From: Paraphysomonas bandaiensis
Lineage: Eukaryota; Protista; Chrysophyceae
NCBI GenBank assembly: GCA_965644295.1
Contig: CBFFRP010000405.1
Location: 62,001-126,000 of the forward strand
DNA: 64,000 bases
Direction of reading: 5' to 3'
Positions 1-11,966 of this stretch are shown here, piece by piece (the stretch's first letter is position 1; each line of letters starts with the position of its first letter). The notes beneath the pieces were generated by a model that was given only the letters and a program-made list of their open reading frames with translations, had not been told where the DNA came from and did not search any database. The position numbers and the translations under genes are program-made.

Positions 1-3000
1 GGAGACTGCGAAGGACTATATAATACGGTTTGAAATACTGCTGAAAGAGCTACAGGAGCAGCAGCAGGACATATCGGAGCTCGCAAAAATAACACGGTTA
101 CGAGAAGGTCTGTTGAATGAAGAATATGCTCCTCTGAATGTTGCTTTGTACTTGATGCCTGCTGATGATGTTGATTATGCAACATTATCAAGGAAGATAG
201 AAAGGTATGATGATACCATTCCTGGAAGGATTGCGTTAGAGCGGAAACGCAAGAAGGTGGAGGAGCTGAATTTCATTGAAAAGAGCAAACGGTCTCGAAC
301 AGAACGGGATAAGCGTAAGAAGGGCAACTGTAGATATTGCAGGAAAGAAGGAATTCCTCATAGCCATTCAACTGAACAGTGCAGGAGGAAGCAGAGGAAG
401 AAGGATGGAGAGATATCAGGGCAGCGTCCTGGAAGTGCTGCGTATACGGGATGCAGAAATTGCAAGTCTCTGGAACATCTTGCTGCTGATTGTCCAACGA
501 CGAAGAAAAAGCATTCTAGAAGAGGAGAGAAAGGGAAGAATCATGGTAGGAAGCCGGACAAAAGGCTGCTGACAGTAGAGAATATACGGCGTGGAGAACC
601 AGCAGAATTCTCTGATGAAGATGAAGCAAATATGATCGAGGATGTTATGAAATTGTCATGCAATATACATGAAACGAATATATGTAGTGTAAATGATGAC
701 ATGCATTATACATATATTGACACCTGCTGTTCATCATCAATGTTCTTGATGAATGATGTGACCATGCTTGACACTCATATGAATACATCAAAGGTGATAA
801 ACGGCTCTAAGAAGGGATCAGAGATTCATATCACAAGTGTGGGTTCCCGTGGAGCATGGAGAGACATAGAAATTTCAGATCAGATCAATCGATGCCTGTG
901 CTCCGGACGTAAGCTGAACGAAATGGGCTATCGATTCACGGTGTGGTATGGGATCCAAATTTATGACTGTAATACTGGTGAACTGGTACTGGAGGGACCC
1001 ATGAAGAATGGAATGACTGCAGTTCCAACTCAGCAGTCAGCTGTTGGAGCTTCCAGATGTGTCTACACCGAGTAATTGTGAAGTAAATCTTAGCGATAGG
1101 ACTGGTGAGGACGAGCTGGAGTTGCTGCATCGGAGAGCGGGTCACTTCAACAAACATGCTTTAGTGGAGGCACATAAGAGGATGCTCATCATGGGTACAG
1201 GGTTGAAACGAAAACACCTCACAGCCAAGGTACACAAAAATCAGTGTTTGTGTGATGTGTGTGCCAGGTCTAAGATAACCCGAGTCAGCTTCCGAACGAA
1301 GGACGAGAATTCCGTTAGACCGAATTTTTCAGCAGATATCGCTGTGTACTTAAATTGTCCTGCTAGAGGAGGTGAGAGGTATGTGTTAAAGATAACGCAT
1401 CATGCCAGCAAAATGTTCTGGGCGACGGGCTTAGTCCACAGAACTGGGGAAGCGGTCTTAGAAGTCTTCAAAGAGCTATTTAGAGGAGATGTTAAAAGGT
1501 ACAAGCTCAAGATGGAGCACTATCATGCAGATGGTGCAAGAGAGTTAATCAGTGAAGAGCTGCGTCAGTATCTTAGGACACAGGAGTGCTATCAACATAC
1601 GTGGAGCTCAACAGACTCTCCAGAAATGAATGCCATAGAGGAGAGGAAGTTCAGAACTGCTGGAGAGATGACTCTTGCAATGTTAATCCAATCTGGACTG
1701 CCACCGCAATTTTGGCTGGATGCATACATGGCAGCCAGATATATTTTGATTCGATTGCCAACGAAAACAGATAAAGGGTATATGTCTCCTATAGAGTTTC
1801 TAACGGGCGAGCCTCCAAATTTGAGATATCTTAGGGTATGGGGGTGTCGAACTTATGTTCTTTCACCGAAGGCGGATCGACGAAAGGATTGGGAGGATAA
1901 GGCTCTAGTTGGATATTTAATGGGTTACTCTGATGAGAAGGTAGGATACCATGTATATCTTCCTGAATCAAACAAGGTGGTGACTACAGTCCATATATTG
2001 ACTGATGAGTCAACGCCATCACGATCAGAAAAGTATTTCGCAGAGATTGATGCTCTTCGAGTGCGGGAGGCCGCTAGACCCAAGCTTGCATCCGACTATG
2101 TCAGCTTAGAAGGAACGTATCATATTGATGATGAGGACGGACTTCTGTATAAGACAACAAGAGTTGTAGAACGTAAGGGTGTGATTGTAGCATACCGTTC
2201 ACTTGTTACTGCAGGTCGCGAGCATATAGAGCACCGGGTGCCTATACACGTCGAAGACGTGGTGCGTATGACTGCAGAAACCCCCGGGAATACCGGGTAC
2301 ATAGGAAAGGGGGACGCCCTGAGTACTACGCCAGCCAGGGAGCTGGACCAGGGAAGACCTGGAGGGTTCCAGGAGAGTCCTGACCCAACCTGTCAACAGA
2401 CAGTCGTGAGGTTGCAGACCTTGACAGACCGTGGGTCTGGGGATGCGAGCGGGGCTCCTCCCACACCGCAAGATTTGCGGGCTCAGGATGAGCAAGGTAT
2501 GGGTTCGTATATATCTACTAGACGACCTATTGAACTAGATGGTGATGGTCGTGTACGGCGGAAACGGCTACAGCGTAGGTTGGCGAACGCATCGGTGTTA
2601 GGAGAAATAAATATGGTTGAGGTGCCAGATGCATGCACTGTTAACTTTAAACATGCAGAGTTTCAACATGATGACTTTAAGATACCAGACTCCTATGCTG
2701 AAGCGGAGAGATCTCCACAGTACATGAAGTGGCGAGAAGCTCGGAAGGTGGAGAAGACCTCACTACTGAAGAGACGTGTCTTAAAGATTGTGCGGACTCC
2801 ACGGGGAGTGAAGTTGGTGCGAGCAAAGTATGTTCACACGGTGAAGAGAGACCTTCTGGGGAATGTAGTCAAGTATAAGGCGCGACTGGTTGCATTAGGG
2901 AATCTACAAGAAAAAACGGAGGAGGAGCAGTCCACGTTTGCTCCAGTGGTCAAAGGAATAGCCATTCGACTGGTCCTCGCGATTGCGTTTATGTTCCATA

Positions 3001-3908
3001 TGCATGTACATCAGTTGGATGTATCATCAGCGTTTTGTTATGCCGATCTTGAAGAGGATGTTTATATGGCACCTCCACCTGATGAAGAGTTGCCAGCGGG
3101 GTGGTGTTTTCAATTGATCAAGGCCTTATATGGTTTGCGGTCATCACCGAGGCAGTGGAACAAGCATATTGACAAGTTTATCAAATCGTTACATTTTACT
3201 GCTTGCATTTTAGATACATGCTTGTATATGCGATGGAGTAATGGTCAATTGCACTTATTGCTGATATATGTTGATGATATTATCATTGCATCTGCTGATC
3301 TCACCTACTTAGAAAGTGTTAAACGTAGGTTCTGCGAAACGTTTGAAATGCACGATCTAGGTGTGTGCAAACGGTTTCTGAATATCAGAATCACGAGAGG
3401 CGAGGACTGGTACATGTTAGATCAATCGGAATATGCCAAGAATATTGTAAAGAAATTCGATTCGTTTATGGGGAAGAGCAGTAAGAATAAGGAGACTCCA
3501 CTACCTACCAATGTTCAGGATTTGTTGGCAGAGCAACGTGAGCTGACGGAGGAGCAGAAGCAGTGGGTCGAATCATTTCCGTATAGAGGAATTTTATTGG
3601 AGCGGTGTTGCATTTGGCGATTCACACTAGACCTGATCTGGCTTACGCTGTGGGGTTATTGGCTCGATTTAGTACTTCTCCAACATATGCGACTTGCAGA
3701 TTAGCTATTCATTTGTTGAAATATTTACGTGATGATATCTACAGCAAAGTTGATTCATGTATCTACGGATGATATGGCGGCCGATATTTTTACAAAGGCG
3801 TTGTCCACGAAGATCTTCAGCCGTCATGAGAAAACGATTACCGGGGTTAAGAGGAGTGTGTCTAACAGTGTGGAGGAGCAGCAGAAGAAACGACCCCGAA
3901 GAGGTTAA
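1..3908 (+). pseudogene. Disrupted Copia gag-pol polyprotein
   Basis: Compared with the intact copy at 26910-31601: a 4-bp insertion (tcag, 1037-1040) shifts frame, a second frameshift lies near 3592, and most of RNase H is deleted near 3735 (KYLR joined to TAKLIHVST). Stop at 3906-3908. Confidence 0.9.
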
Positions 3909-4087
3909 AGGTGTGTTTTAGTGGGTGAAAATCCCACATAACTGTATATCTAGTTGACTGCTAGATATATATGTATCTTTAAAAGATTTCACATCTGTTT
4001 TTACCTATGGGACTAGATAGTCATAGCATTATCAGATTATTGTGATCACTGTTGTTTTATCTCACTGCATTCTACATTGAGTGGGAG

Positions 4088-4383
4088 TATTAGAATATGG
4101 ATCTTATTCTAGTATATTCAGTATGTCACTTCAAGACAATGTACGAGAATACAGTGAAATATAGTGATGTACAAATGCTGTGATGATATTGAGAAACTGA
4201 AATAGTTTGATCGTTCAAGATATGTTCAGTAACGAGAGGTTCGCATATATGTAGGATATTATGCAGGGATTATAATGAGTTAGTGTTGGTTATCACAACT
4301 TCGTGTAAACGATATTAATAAATCTATCTAGTCTTACGACAAATTCTCTCTGTGATCTAGTGTAAAATGAGCGTTTCTCAATA
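4088..4383 (+). repeat. 3' LTR of Copia-1 (termini TATT...AATA)
   Basis: Starts directly after the PPT. Shares aata..aatctatctagt and an aaaATG 17 nt from the end with the Copia-2 LTR. Confidence 0.75.
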
Positions 4384-5186
4384 TACCACTTAAACTTGTG
4401 AGTCCATCCTTTTGTTAAGGGATCACTATTTGCATTAATTTTTTACGATTATGACATACAAAAGTCTTATTTTTGATACTTTATTTTAGAATCATTTCTT
4501 CAGTATGGTATGTTGTGATGGTGTGATACCGAAGGTGGCCGAGGAATGGAAAGAGTGGCTGAAGATTTCTCCCAAGAGTAATTGTGCCACCGATTTCGGT
4601 AACGAAATTGGTGGAATATTTATACCACTAAGAGATGTCCTATTCAGTTGGACTGGAGTGTCCGATTTTGAAGTGGATTATTAAAAAAGTCTGATTATTA
4701 TTACATGAGAACGGTTTGGTACAGAGGGTTAGGGTTAGTGGAATGCAGACATAGAGGAGTACGCGAAGGGCTATATATGGATCCCATGCAGACGGAATTA
4801 TAGGAGGGTCATGGCAACGGCTTGTATTCTACACAACGAAAACCAATCTTCCAGCGCAAGGAAGATACCTCCACAAGTTGTCGTCCGGAACTGTGACGGT
4901 TCTACACCCACAGACAATATTTCGAGGTAAAGTTATATTCAGGAACCCACTAATAAGGAGTGGGTAGACGCAGATGCAGTTGATTCTGCTTCTATTATTA
5001 CAAAAATGGACATATATAGTAATGCAGTAGTACGATTTATACTAGTAAATATAAATAAATAAATTTATACTCTAGTATAAAACGTGGGAAAAATTCTCAT
5101 GTTTGCATATATATAATGAGAATGTAGCGGTTAATGTAGCGGTCACAGTTATATATATAATACATGCATACTATAGTACTACACAT

Positions 5187-5331
5187 TTGGGATGGTTGCA
5201 CCAAGGTGCTTGCAGCAATGCACAAGCAGTCCCGAGAAAACTCAGTATTTAGCAACTTTGATACCACTAGTCTAAAGTCGTAGATAGCTAAAAACAAAGT
5301 AGTTCTCTCATGTAATAATCAGATCTTTATA
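5187..5331 (+). mobile_element. 5'-truncated non-LTR retroposon 3' end (family A)
   Basis: 15-bp TSD tatagtactacacat at 5172-5186 and 5332-5346. Nearly identical to 11398-11541. Ends aataatcagatctt(ta)n. Confidence 0.9.
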
Positions 5332-5829
5332 TATAGTACTACACATATATTACAAAGTGCTATCTATACTTGCAAGCGATAATAAACTGAACTTCTGGTA
5401 CGTTTACATTGTGACATGGTACATATACATATATATGGTGCTACAAAAACTACAAACGTATTCAAAATTTATTTCATATATGCGACAACAACTGAAGAGT
5501 AAGTTTTGTTCTTTGAATATGCCTGAATATGCCTATTCTCTTCCCGGAGTCTTTTAATTTCATACTCCATCTCATCTCGGTCTCGTGAAATCTCTGCTTG
5601 TTGAAGCAGCATGATGTCTGCATACAAGGCCATTTTTATTTACTACTGCCACATGTCTGTGCCGCTTCTTCTTCCAATAATGTCACCGGGACATCGAGTT
5701 GTTGCTTGCATGAACCGATTCGCAATCTCGGTCGCAACTATAGTCACTGTCAGTTCCTGCAGTACGCATTACTCTTTCATTTAGCTTTGGAATAGCATTT
5801 GTTTGCATAAAATGCTTACTTCATTAAAC

Positions 5830-6476
5830 TAGTGTTATTAAAACTAGTATCCTACTATTTATCGCTACAGAGGCTGCTTGTGCGTTGCCGCAAGTACCAA
5901 TAGGCGACGACCTCCGTTTTTAATAGTAGATGGAAAGGGTTTGAGTAGGTCCTCAGGGTGTAGTGTTTTACCTAGTAGGTTATGCTTGGTCCGGCGAGTG
6001 GCACTTGGGGTATGGGTCTGTGCATCTAACTTAAGGGTCGGGGTTCAAGGTCGAGGTTTGAAGGATGGATGTGAGCATATTCCTAGGGTTAGCTGCGAAG
6101 TTTGTGAGTGTGATGCCATTTGTGGAGCTGAGTGTGGGGACGATGGTTGAAGGCGAAGGTGTAATTGACGAAGGCGCCGGCGTTTGTGTTATTAGGAAGT
6201 GACGCCAATGGATGTTGTGTTGGTGAATCTGGAGAGGAGTGGGGAGCTGGGCTTGGGTCTGCTTGTAGCCCCGAGTAATCGTAGTATAGGTGGGGCGGAC
6301 GCGTGTGCTTACGGACCGTGAGTGCAATCGCGTGACCGTGGTAAGCCTGAGTCGAGGAGTTTGCGGAGCTGTGGCAGTGTAGCGTTGACAGCGATCGCTA
6401 AGCATCCGTTTATCTGCAGCAAAGAGAGGTTGCAGGGTGATTACGTTCGCAGATTTAAATGTACGCAATTCTCGCA
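5830..6476 (-). mobile_element. LINE-like 3' fragment (family B)
   Basis: Low-complexity T/P/S/H-rich frame, a PKCHSPD variant motif (~5989-6009), then the shared 3' structured motif (5867-5917) and taaatagtaggat. Boundaries approximate. Confidence 0.65.
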
Positions 6477-6897
6477 CTTGAGGTGAGCCCATTCTCGGAT
6501 GCCTGATTATCAGTCAGAGCCCAATAATGTCTCTCTCTCTACACAAGAGTGACACTAATTTGTGTCCCTCTTATGGTACCGCACAAGCATTAAGCTAATG
6601 TGTGGGCAGAACTCACTATATATATACGGCTCGCGCTAGTTTCCCGGAGAAATATCTCCCATACTTATTCTCCAGAACACCACAAAAAGTTGCGCATCCG
6701 ACTTTGTTGAGGGGATGTCAGGTATATCAACATTCTCATTGAGTGATAGAGCAAAAGTGGTTACACGTCTTGGTGCTTGCAGTGACGCACAAGCAGCTTT
6801 CGTAGTTTTAAATAATAGGACATCAGATTTAAGCACAAGTTATTTAAATTGTTTTTGCCCTTTAAACGCCTACTATTGCTAATATTAAGATATTCAC
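6477..6897. mobile_element. SINE-like element copy with inverted 5' half
   Basis: 6477-6716 matches the element head on the - strand; 6714-6897 matches the tail on the + strand. Confidence 0.8.
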
Positions 6898-8553
6898 TTC
6901 GAAATCAGACATTACGTTACTTATTCTATATTGTGAACAACTATTTGCGTGGTCTTACCTTCTACTTTGAAGAAGCATCAATTCGTATTGAAGAGCAGTT
7001 GCCTCTTTACAAATCTGTTACAGCGACAACAATACACCTTTAAAAATCGACATCGTCTCAAAGAATGTACATAAATAGGTGGATATTCCTACAAAATGGA
7101 AGTTTGGACATCTTCTACATCCAGCCATTAGTTCTATATAACTTTCCAATCATAAGCACAGTGGTCCGTATGACACAATGCAAAGGTAGGGAAGTAAAAT
7201 TTTGTGAAGGGAATAATGGAAACATAAACTTTGAACTGGTTGCAGCTACTCTTAAATCGTAGTAAATATCGACATTATCTTCAAACGCACATTTGAGTCA
7301 ATCATTCAAAGAAATAGCAGATATTCGCACACACAGAAAGGCGAAAGGATTATCGTAATGTTCCTGTGGCAACAATACTACACACAGACAGGGGCAGGAC
7401 AACCGGGCGCTTTTGGCACTTAGGCATCCCTGTTGCGCCGTTCGAAATGTAGTGCTCCAAGATAAGATGAACAACTACATATTATCACCATCTTAATATA
7501 TATTTAAAGATAATATATTACTTAGGAATGTATATGCTACTTTTGATCCGTTTACATTTGACCCGCTGAATCAAAATATAGAGACGATTTTGTCAACTAA
7601 TCAAACTATTTGTTTTGAAAATTTGATCCGTTTTTGGAAGTCCTCCGTTAACAAATCTATAGTGTCACAATGGCTAAACTGCATCAGCACGTTCTCGCAT
7701 CATGCAGAATGTGTCTTTAGGCAAAAATACATCTTTTTAACGACGAAGATGTTTAAGGTTTATTGGTTGTGTAGTGTAAAATCAATGGTAATACCAAAGA
7801 AAAATAAACTGAAAAAAACGGCATCAGCAAACGGAGTGAGACGTACGAATCCCATACAACGCTTTTGATGTGTACATATATATACATACCATATGGTATA
7901 ACAAACGGACTACAGCTCACAAGTGTTGCTATACCCTCATTCATTTGCTGGTCCTTCGGTTTCAGTTTCTAAGCCAATCATATCGTAGACGAAAGCTGCC
8001 CATGCCAGCCGCAATGCTCATTGCCAGACTGACACATAGTTTACAGCATGGACATGGACTCTGCAGCCTCAGGATTCTACAAGTAGTTCGATATCTCTAA
8101 TTTATACTTGTGTCGTGTGGGACCTTATTGTCATATCGCATATAGTGGCGATGGCTCTGAGCACTTACAACTACATTTCCAACTTAGCGGAGAGATGCAA
8201 TAAAGTGAATAATGCCTTAATTGTAATTAAATTTCCTGTCGCATTACACAGCGAATATGTCGCGACGCCTGTGCTATGCGTACAAAAGAGGAGAGTGTAG
8301 CCAAGGGAGCTCTTGTCGTTTCTCTCATCGCTCAGGTATATCAGACAATTAGGAAAAGTAGTATTAATTATTTTTTACAGGTCAAAAGGAAACTGTTACT
8401 GTTACTTCGAGTAATGACAGTAAAGGACAAATAGAGGAAGCCCCAAAGCGCTCCACGAATGTCTCACTTGGTCGCCGCAGGAAGTGCTATAATTTTCTGT
8501 ATACAGGGGAATGTGCCCGGGGCGATTCTTGCAAATATGCGCACGATCTCGTC

Positions 8554-10275
8554 ATGGTGTCGGATACTCCACCAAAGCCTCGAGCATACATGTTATTGAT
8601 TACAGGATGTGGAATTTTGAGCCCCGAGAATTCCTCTTTTGAAAGCTTATTGATGAGCGGAGGCACAGGTGGCGAGCGTTCTAAAATATGGGATGATATT
8701 TCCTTCACGAAACATAACTTTAAATGGGGCATAGATGAGGTGGCTATACAAAAAATTATCACCGATCTTCGATGTGGTATCTATATGGGCGCCATTATAT
8801 GTGACTTGAGTTGCATGTCTACTCAAGAGCATGTGCGAATATTTCAAGACAAGTTAGAGCCAACTCTTAGGGCGTATGTTCACATGGGTGGATATGTTGC
8901 ATTCCCTACCTTCGAATTGGGAATGATAGTTGAGAATGTCAACCAGATGTTTGGCAGTGATTGGAGGTCTGGAGGTTTCTACAGTGCGCCCTGCCACCCC
9001 TGTGCAGAAAACATGGAAACATTTTCCTCTATATTCCCAGGGCATGAAAAAATGGAATATTGTCCGAAAGCGAATTATATTCGTAATGTACCTTTTGTAG
9101 AGCGCTGCATGGTCGTAAACGTTACGGACTGCTCATCTTCAATTTGCGATCCCGATGAAGCGAACGATGATGTCGTGGTGGCAGTGCATCGAAAGGGGCC
9201 TAACGGAGGTATGATTGCAGTATTTGGTGACGTCAATTTTGAGCCCGAAACTTGCCGTCTTGTGCATGATTTTGTGATGGGCCGCGCAGCCCTCGGTCCA
9301 GCTCCTGCTGCATTCGATTCGGACTTTGAGGAGCAACTCATGAACAGTCAGCGTCGAGGAATTTGTGGTTGGTGTATTAGACCGAATGCCACTGTCGGAT
9401 GCAAGTGCTGTCGTAGGGCCACGTACTGCGATGGGAGATGCCGTGACTTAGCTTCACCGGTAAGTACTGATTCCGAGGAGTGCGTTTTCGTTGTTCATAT
9501 ATGCCATTGCTATGTATAACACGTATGAGATAGTAGCTGTATGGTTGGTTAGAATACTCCAGTTATCGTTTTTCTCTGGATGCCTATTATACGAACTGGG
9601 TATTGTTATGTTATATATATGTTTCAGATGATTTTGCAATCCAATTCGCGTGATATTCCCTGTGCAGTTGTTCGATTTTCTTATGTTGTGTTTTGCTGTT
9701 GAATGGCACAGGTTCACAGACTAATTTGCGGCCGACGCATCGATATGATAGAAAGGGAATGGAGGATTATGCCATATTCTCACAGGCAGGGCCTGCAGCT
9801 GTACCCGGGATACCTCGATGCCGATGTAGCGTCATTGCTGGAGCGGTGTAGGCGACGGGCGGAGCATGCGTTCGATGCAATTACAGCCAATGATGTGGAT
9901 ACACTAAATGTTTGTCTAGAAATGATTGATGCCAATACCACTGCAGAAGAAGCAGGACTAGCTGATGTGGGCGGTCTACCGGTAGGAACCACTTTACTAG
10001 CTTATGCCGCACAGCAGGACAATAAAGTACATTTAATGAGTACTCTTCTGCACCGCGGCGCCAATCCAAATTTAGTTGATGCGCGGGGTCAGTCTGTATT
10101 CGAAAGCCTCAGAGACGTGTGGCGCCTTCAAGTTAGATTGAGTGGTATTCAGGCCGCTGTACAACTACTTAAGTCGTTCGGATACCGCTTGAGGCGAGGG
10201 GAAAAATGGGAAGACTTTTCATCCGTTGCGTATCCACAATCTTCTGGTTATATACCTTCATATGCATCTCATTAA
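8554..10275 (+). CDS. Two-exon protein: uncharacterised N-terminal alpha/beta domain + MYND zinc finger + ankyrin repeat
   Basis: Intron 9460-9711 (gtaagt...cacag) joins CGWC..CKCC..YC..C to VHRLIC in frame, completing a MYND finger. GTTLLAYAA...LLHRGANPNLVD is an ankyrin repeat. Confidence 0.85.
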
Positions 10276-10934
10276 ATGGATGATGCGATTGATACATCTG
10301 TTTCCCGTCAGAGTTGCATCGAGATTTCTATTCCTACCTGGTTCGTTTGGCAGTTTACTTTTAAATATGCAATCATTGTAGTATAAATGAATAGAATTTT
10401 GTAAACAGTAGTATTGGATGCTTTGTTTGGGTATGCTATATTCTTGTGGTACACGTTCATGGTGGTGTTATGTGATTGCATACAGTAAGCGATTATACCT
10501 AGGCAATGATGTAATCTTGGTAAAAAACGTGACTTTTTACACGTAACAAAAGCACGATAAAAATGCAATATAATATGTTTCTGAATCCAGGATGATTTCA
10601 GGATGTTGTTCGTATATTAGAGATATCATAATTTTTGCGGCCAAAACTATTTTGTCATTCGCACCAAAGAACCTGGCGTCCCAAATACTCGATATAATGA
10701 TTTTTTCGTTGGTTTGGAGAAAAAAAAGATAATCGAAGTAGAGGCACCCTAACGTAGACTTGCACATTTTACATTCATTGGGTTACACCAAAAGTATTAT
10801 GTTTGGCTGACGAATAAGTGAAGCCTCCCATTTCCCATTTCACCCTCCACTTTTCTTTAATGATGATCAGCCTATTAATGCAAAAAATTACTTGTAAACA
10901 AGAAATACGGCCTAGCTCATAATTTTGAATTGTT

Positions 10935-11113
10935 GTGAATGTCTGATTATAAGCCATAGGTGTGTAAGAGTCAGAACTAATGTAGCAAATCAATTTATAT
11001 AACTAGTGCTTAACTCTGATATCCTACTATTTGGCGCTGCGAAAGCTGCATGTGCGCCACCGCCAGCACCAAGGTGCGACCACTTTTACTCAGTGAGCAA
11101 ACTCAGTGAGCAG
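10935..11113 (-). mobile_element. SINE-like element, tail fragment
   Basis: Shared 3' motif (11038-11086) plus the end ctcttacacacctat..ataatcagacattcac. Confidence 0.8.
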
Positions 11114-11179
11114 GTTACTATGCACCCTACAATTGTGAATAGTGAAGTCACATACAATCAATGCCTATATTCCATATCA

Positions 11180-11541
11180 ACGCGAACTCGCTCACAACGC
11201 AGGCCTGCAAATCCGGCCCGGATACAAACGACTCTCACCTTCAAACGAAACCCAGACACGACTGGAGCTCCCGGATCCTCTGTCACCGACCCACACCCAC
11301 GAATCAAAACCCCACCCTCCACATCCCGGACCACAAGTGGCTCCGGACCGGAGGAGACACTACCCAAAGGAAGACCACCGGATTAAGCCCAACACAAGGG
11401 ATGGTTGCACCAAGGTGCTTGCAGCAATGCACAAGCAGTCCCGAGAAAACTCAGTATTTAGCAACTTTGATGCATGAAATCGCCTAAAGTCGTAGATAGC
11501 TAAAAACAAAGTAGTTCTCTCATGTAATAATCAGATCTTTA
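11180..11541 (+). mobile_element. 5'-truncated LINE-like 3' end (family A), ORF ending TLPKGRPPD*
   Basis: 14-bp TSD tatattccatatca at 11166-11179 and 11542-11555. Stop at 11384-11386, followed by the structured 3' UTR. Confidence 0.9.
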
Positions 11542-11966
11542 TATATTCCATATCATAATTACGATAGATGATAGTTTCTGTTGAACCGAATATTGAAGTT
11601 GAATGTCAATACTTGTCCGGTGCTAACTTGAGCGTTCATTTGAACCCGATTCAGGTAAAAAGAATACTGTTTTGAGACAAAATGAGGATAATACTGTACT
11701 GCAATGACTTTGTAAACTAGCTTGTCATCAATAATATTATGTAATATATATCGTATAGTTTTTGTTTGATTCCTTTTAAACAGCAGTAACCACGACAAGA
11801 GCCGGTTGATACATTTCATAGCACTGAATACTCCCACACTATTACTTTTCAACGTAAAAGTTATCATGATTTAATGACAATAGCAACAACTACATAATAA
11901 TATGATAACAGAAAAAATCCTTCGTTGAAAAGTTAAATACTTTAACCTAGAAATCACTATTTCTCG

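Larger units (their letters stand above)
1..4383 (+). mobile_element. Ty1/Copia LTR retrotransposon (Copia-1), decayed, 5' end outside the window
   Basis: Domain order gag (two zinc knuckles) - PR - IN (HHCC, HADGA, NAIEER) - RT (YKARLVALG, YVDD) - RNase H remnant. Polypurine tract gagtgggag at 4079-4087, followed by a 3' LTR. Confidence 0.95.

Noticed and set aside
4500-5020. Coding-like stretch after the Copia-1 LTR, including agggttagggttag
   Set aside because: No sustained frame or recognisable motif; two telomere-like units are expected by chance.
7380-7860. Possible non-autonomous DNA transposon (repeated tgatccgttt)
   Set aside because: No TIR pair or TSD could be fixed.
11038-11442. 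Apparent TIR element or DIRS-like inverted termini
   Set aside because: The inverted match is two independent retroposon tails in opposite orientation; the right one has its own 14-bp TSD.
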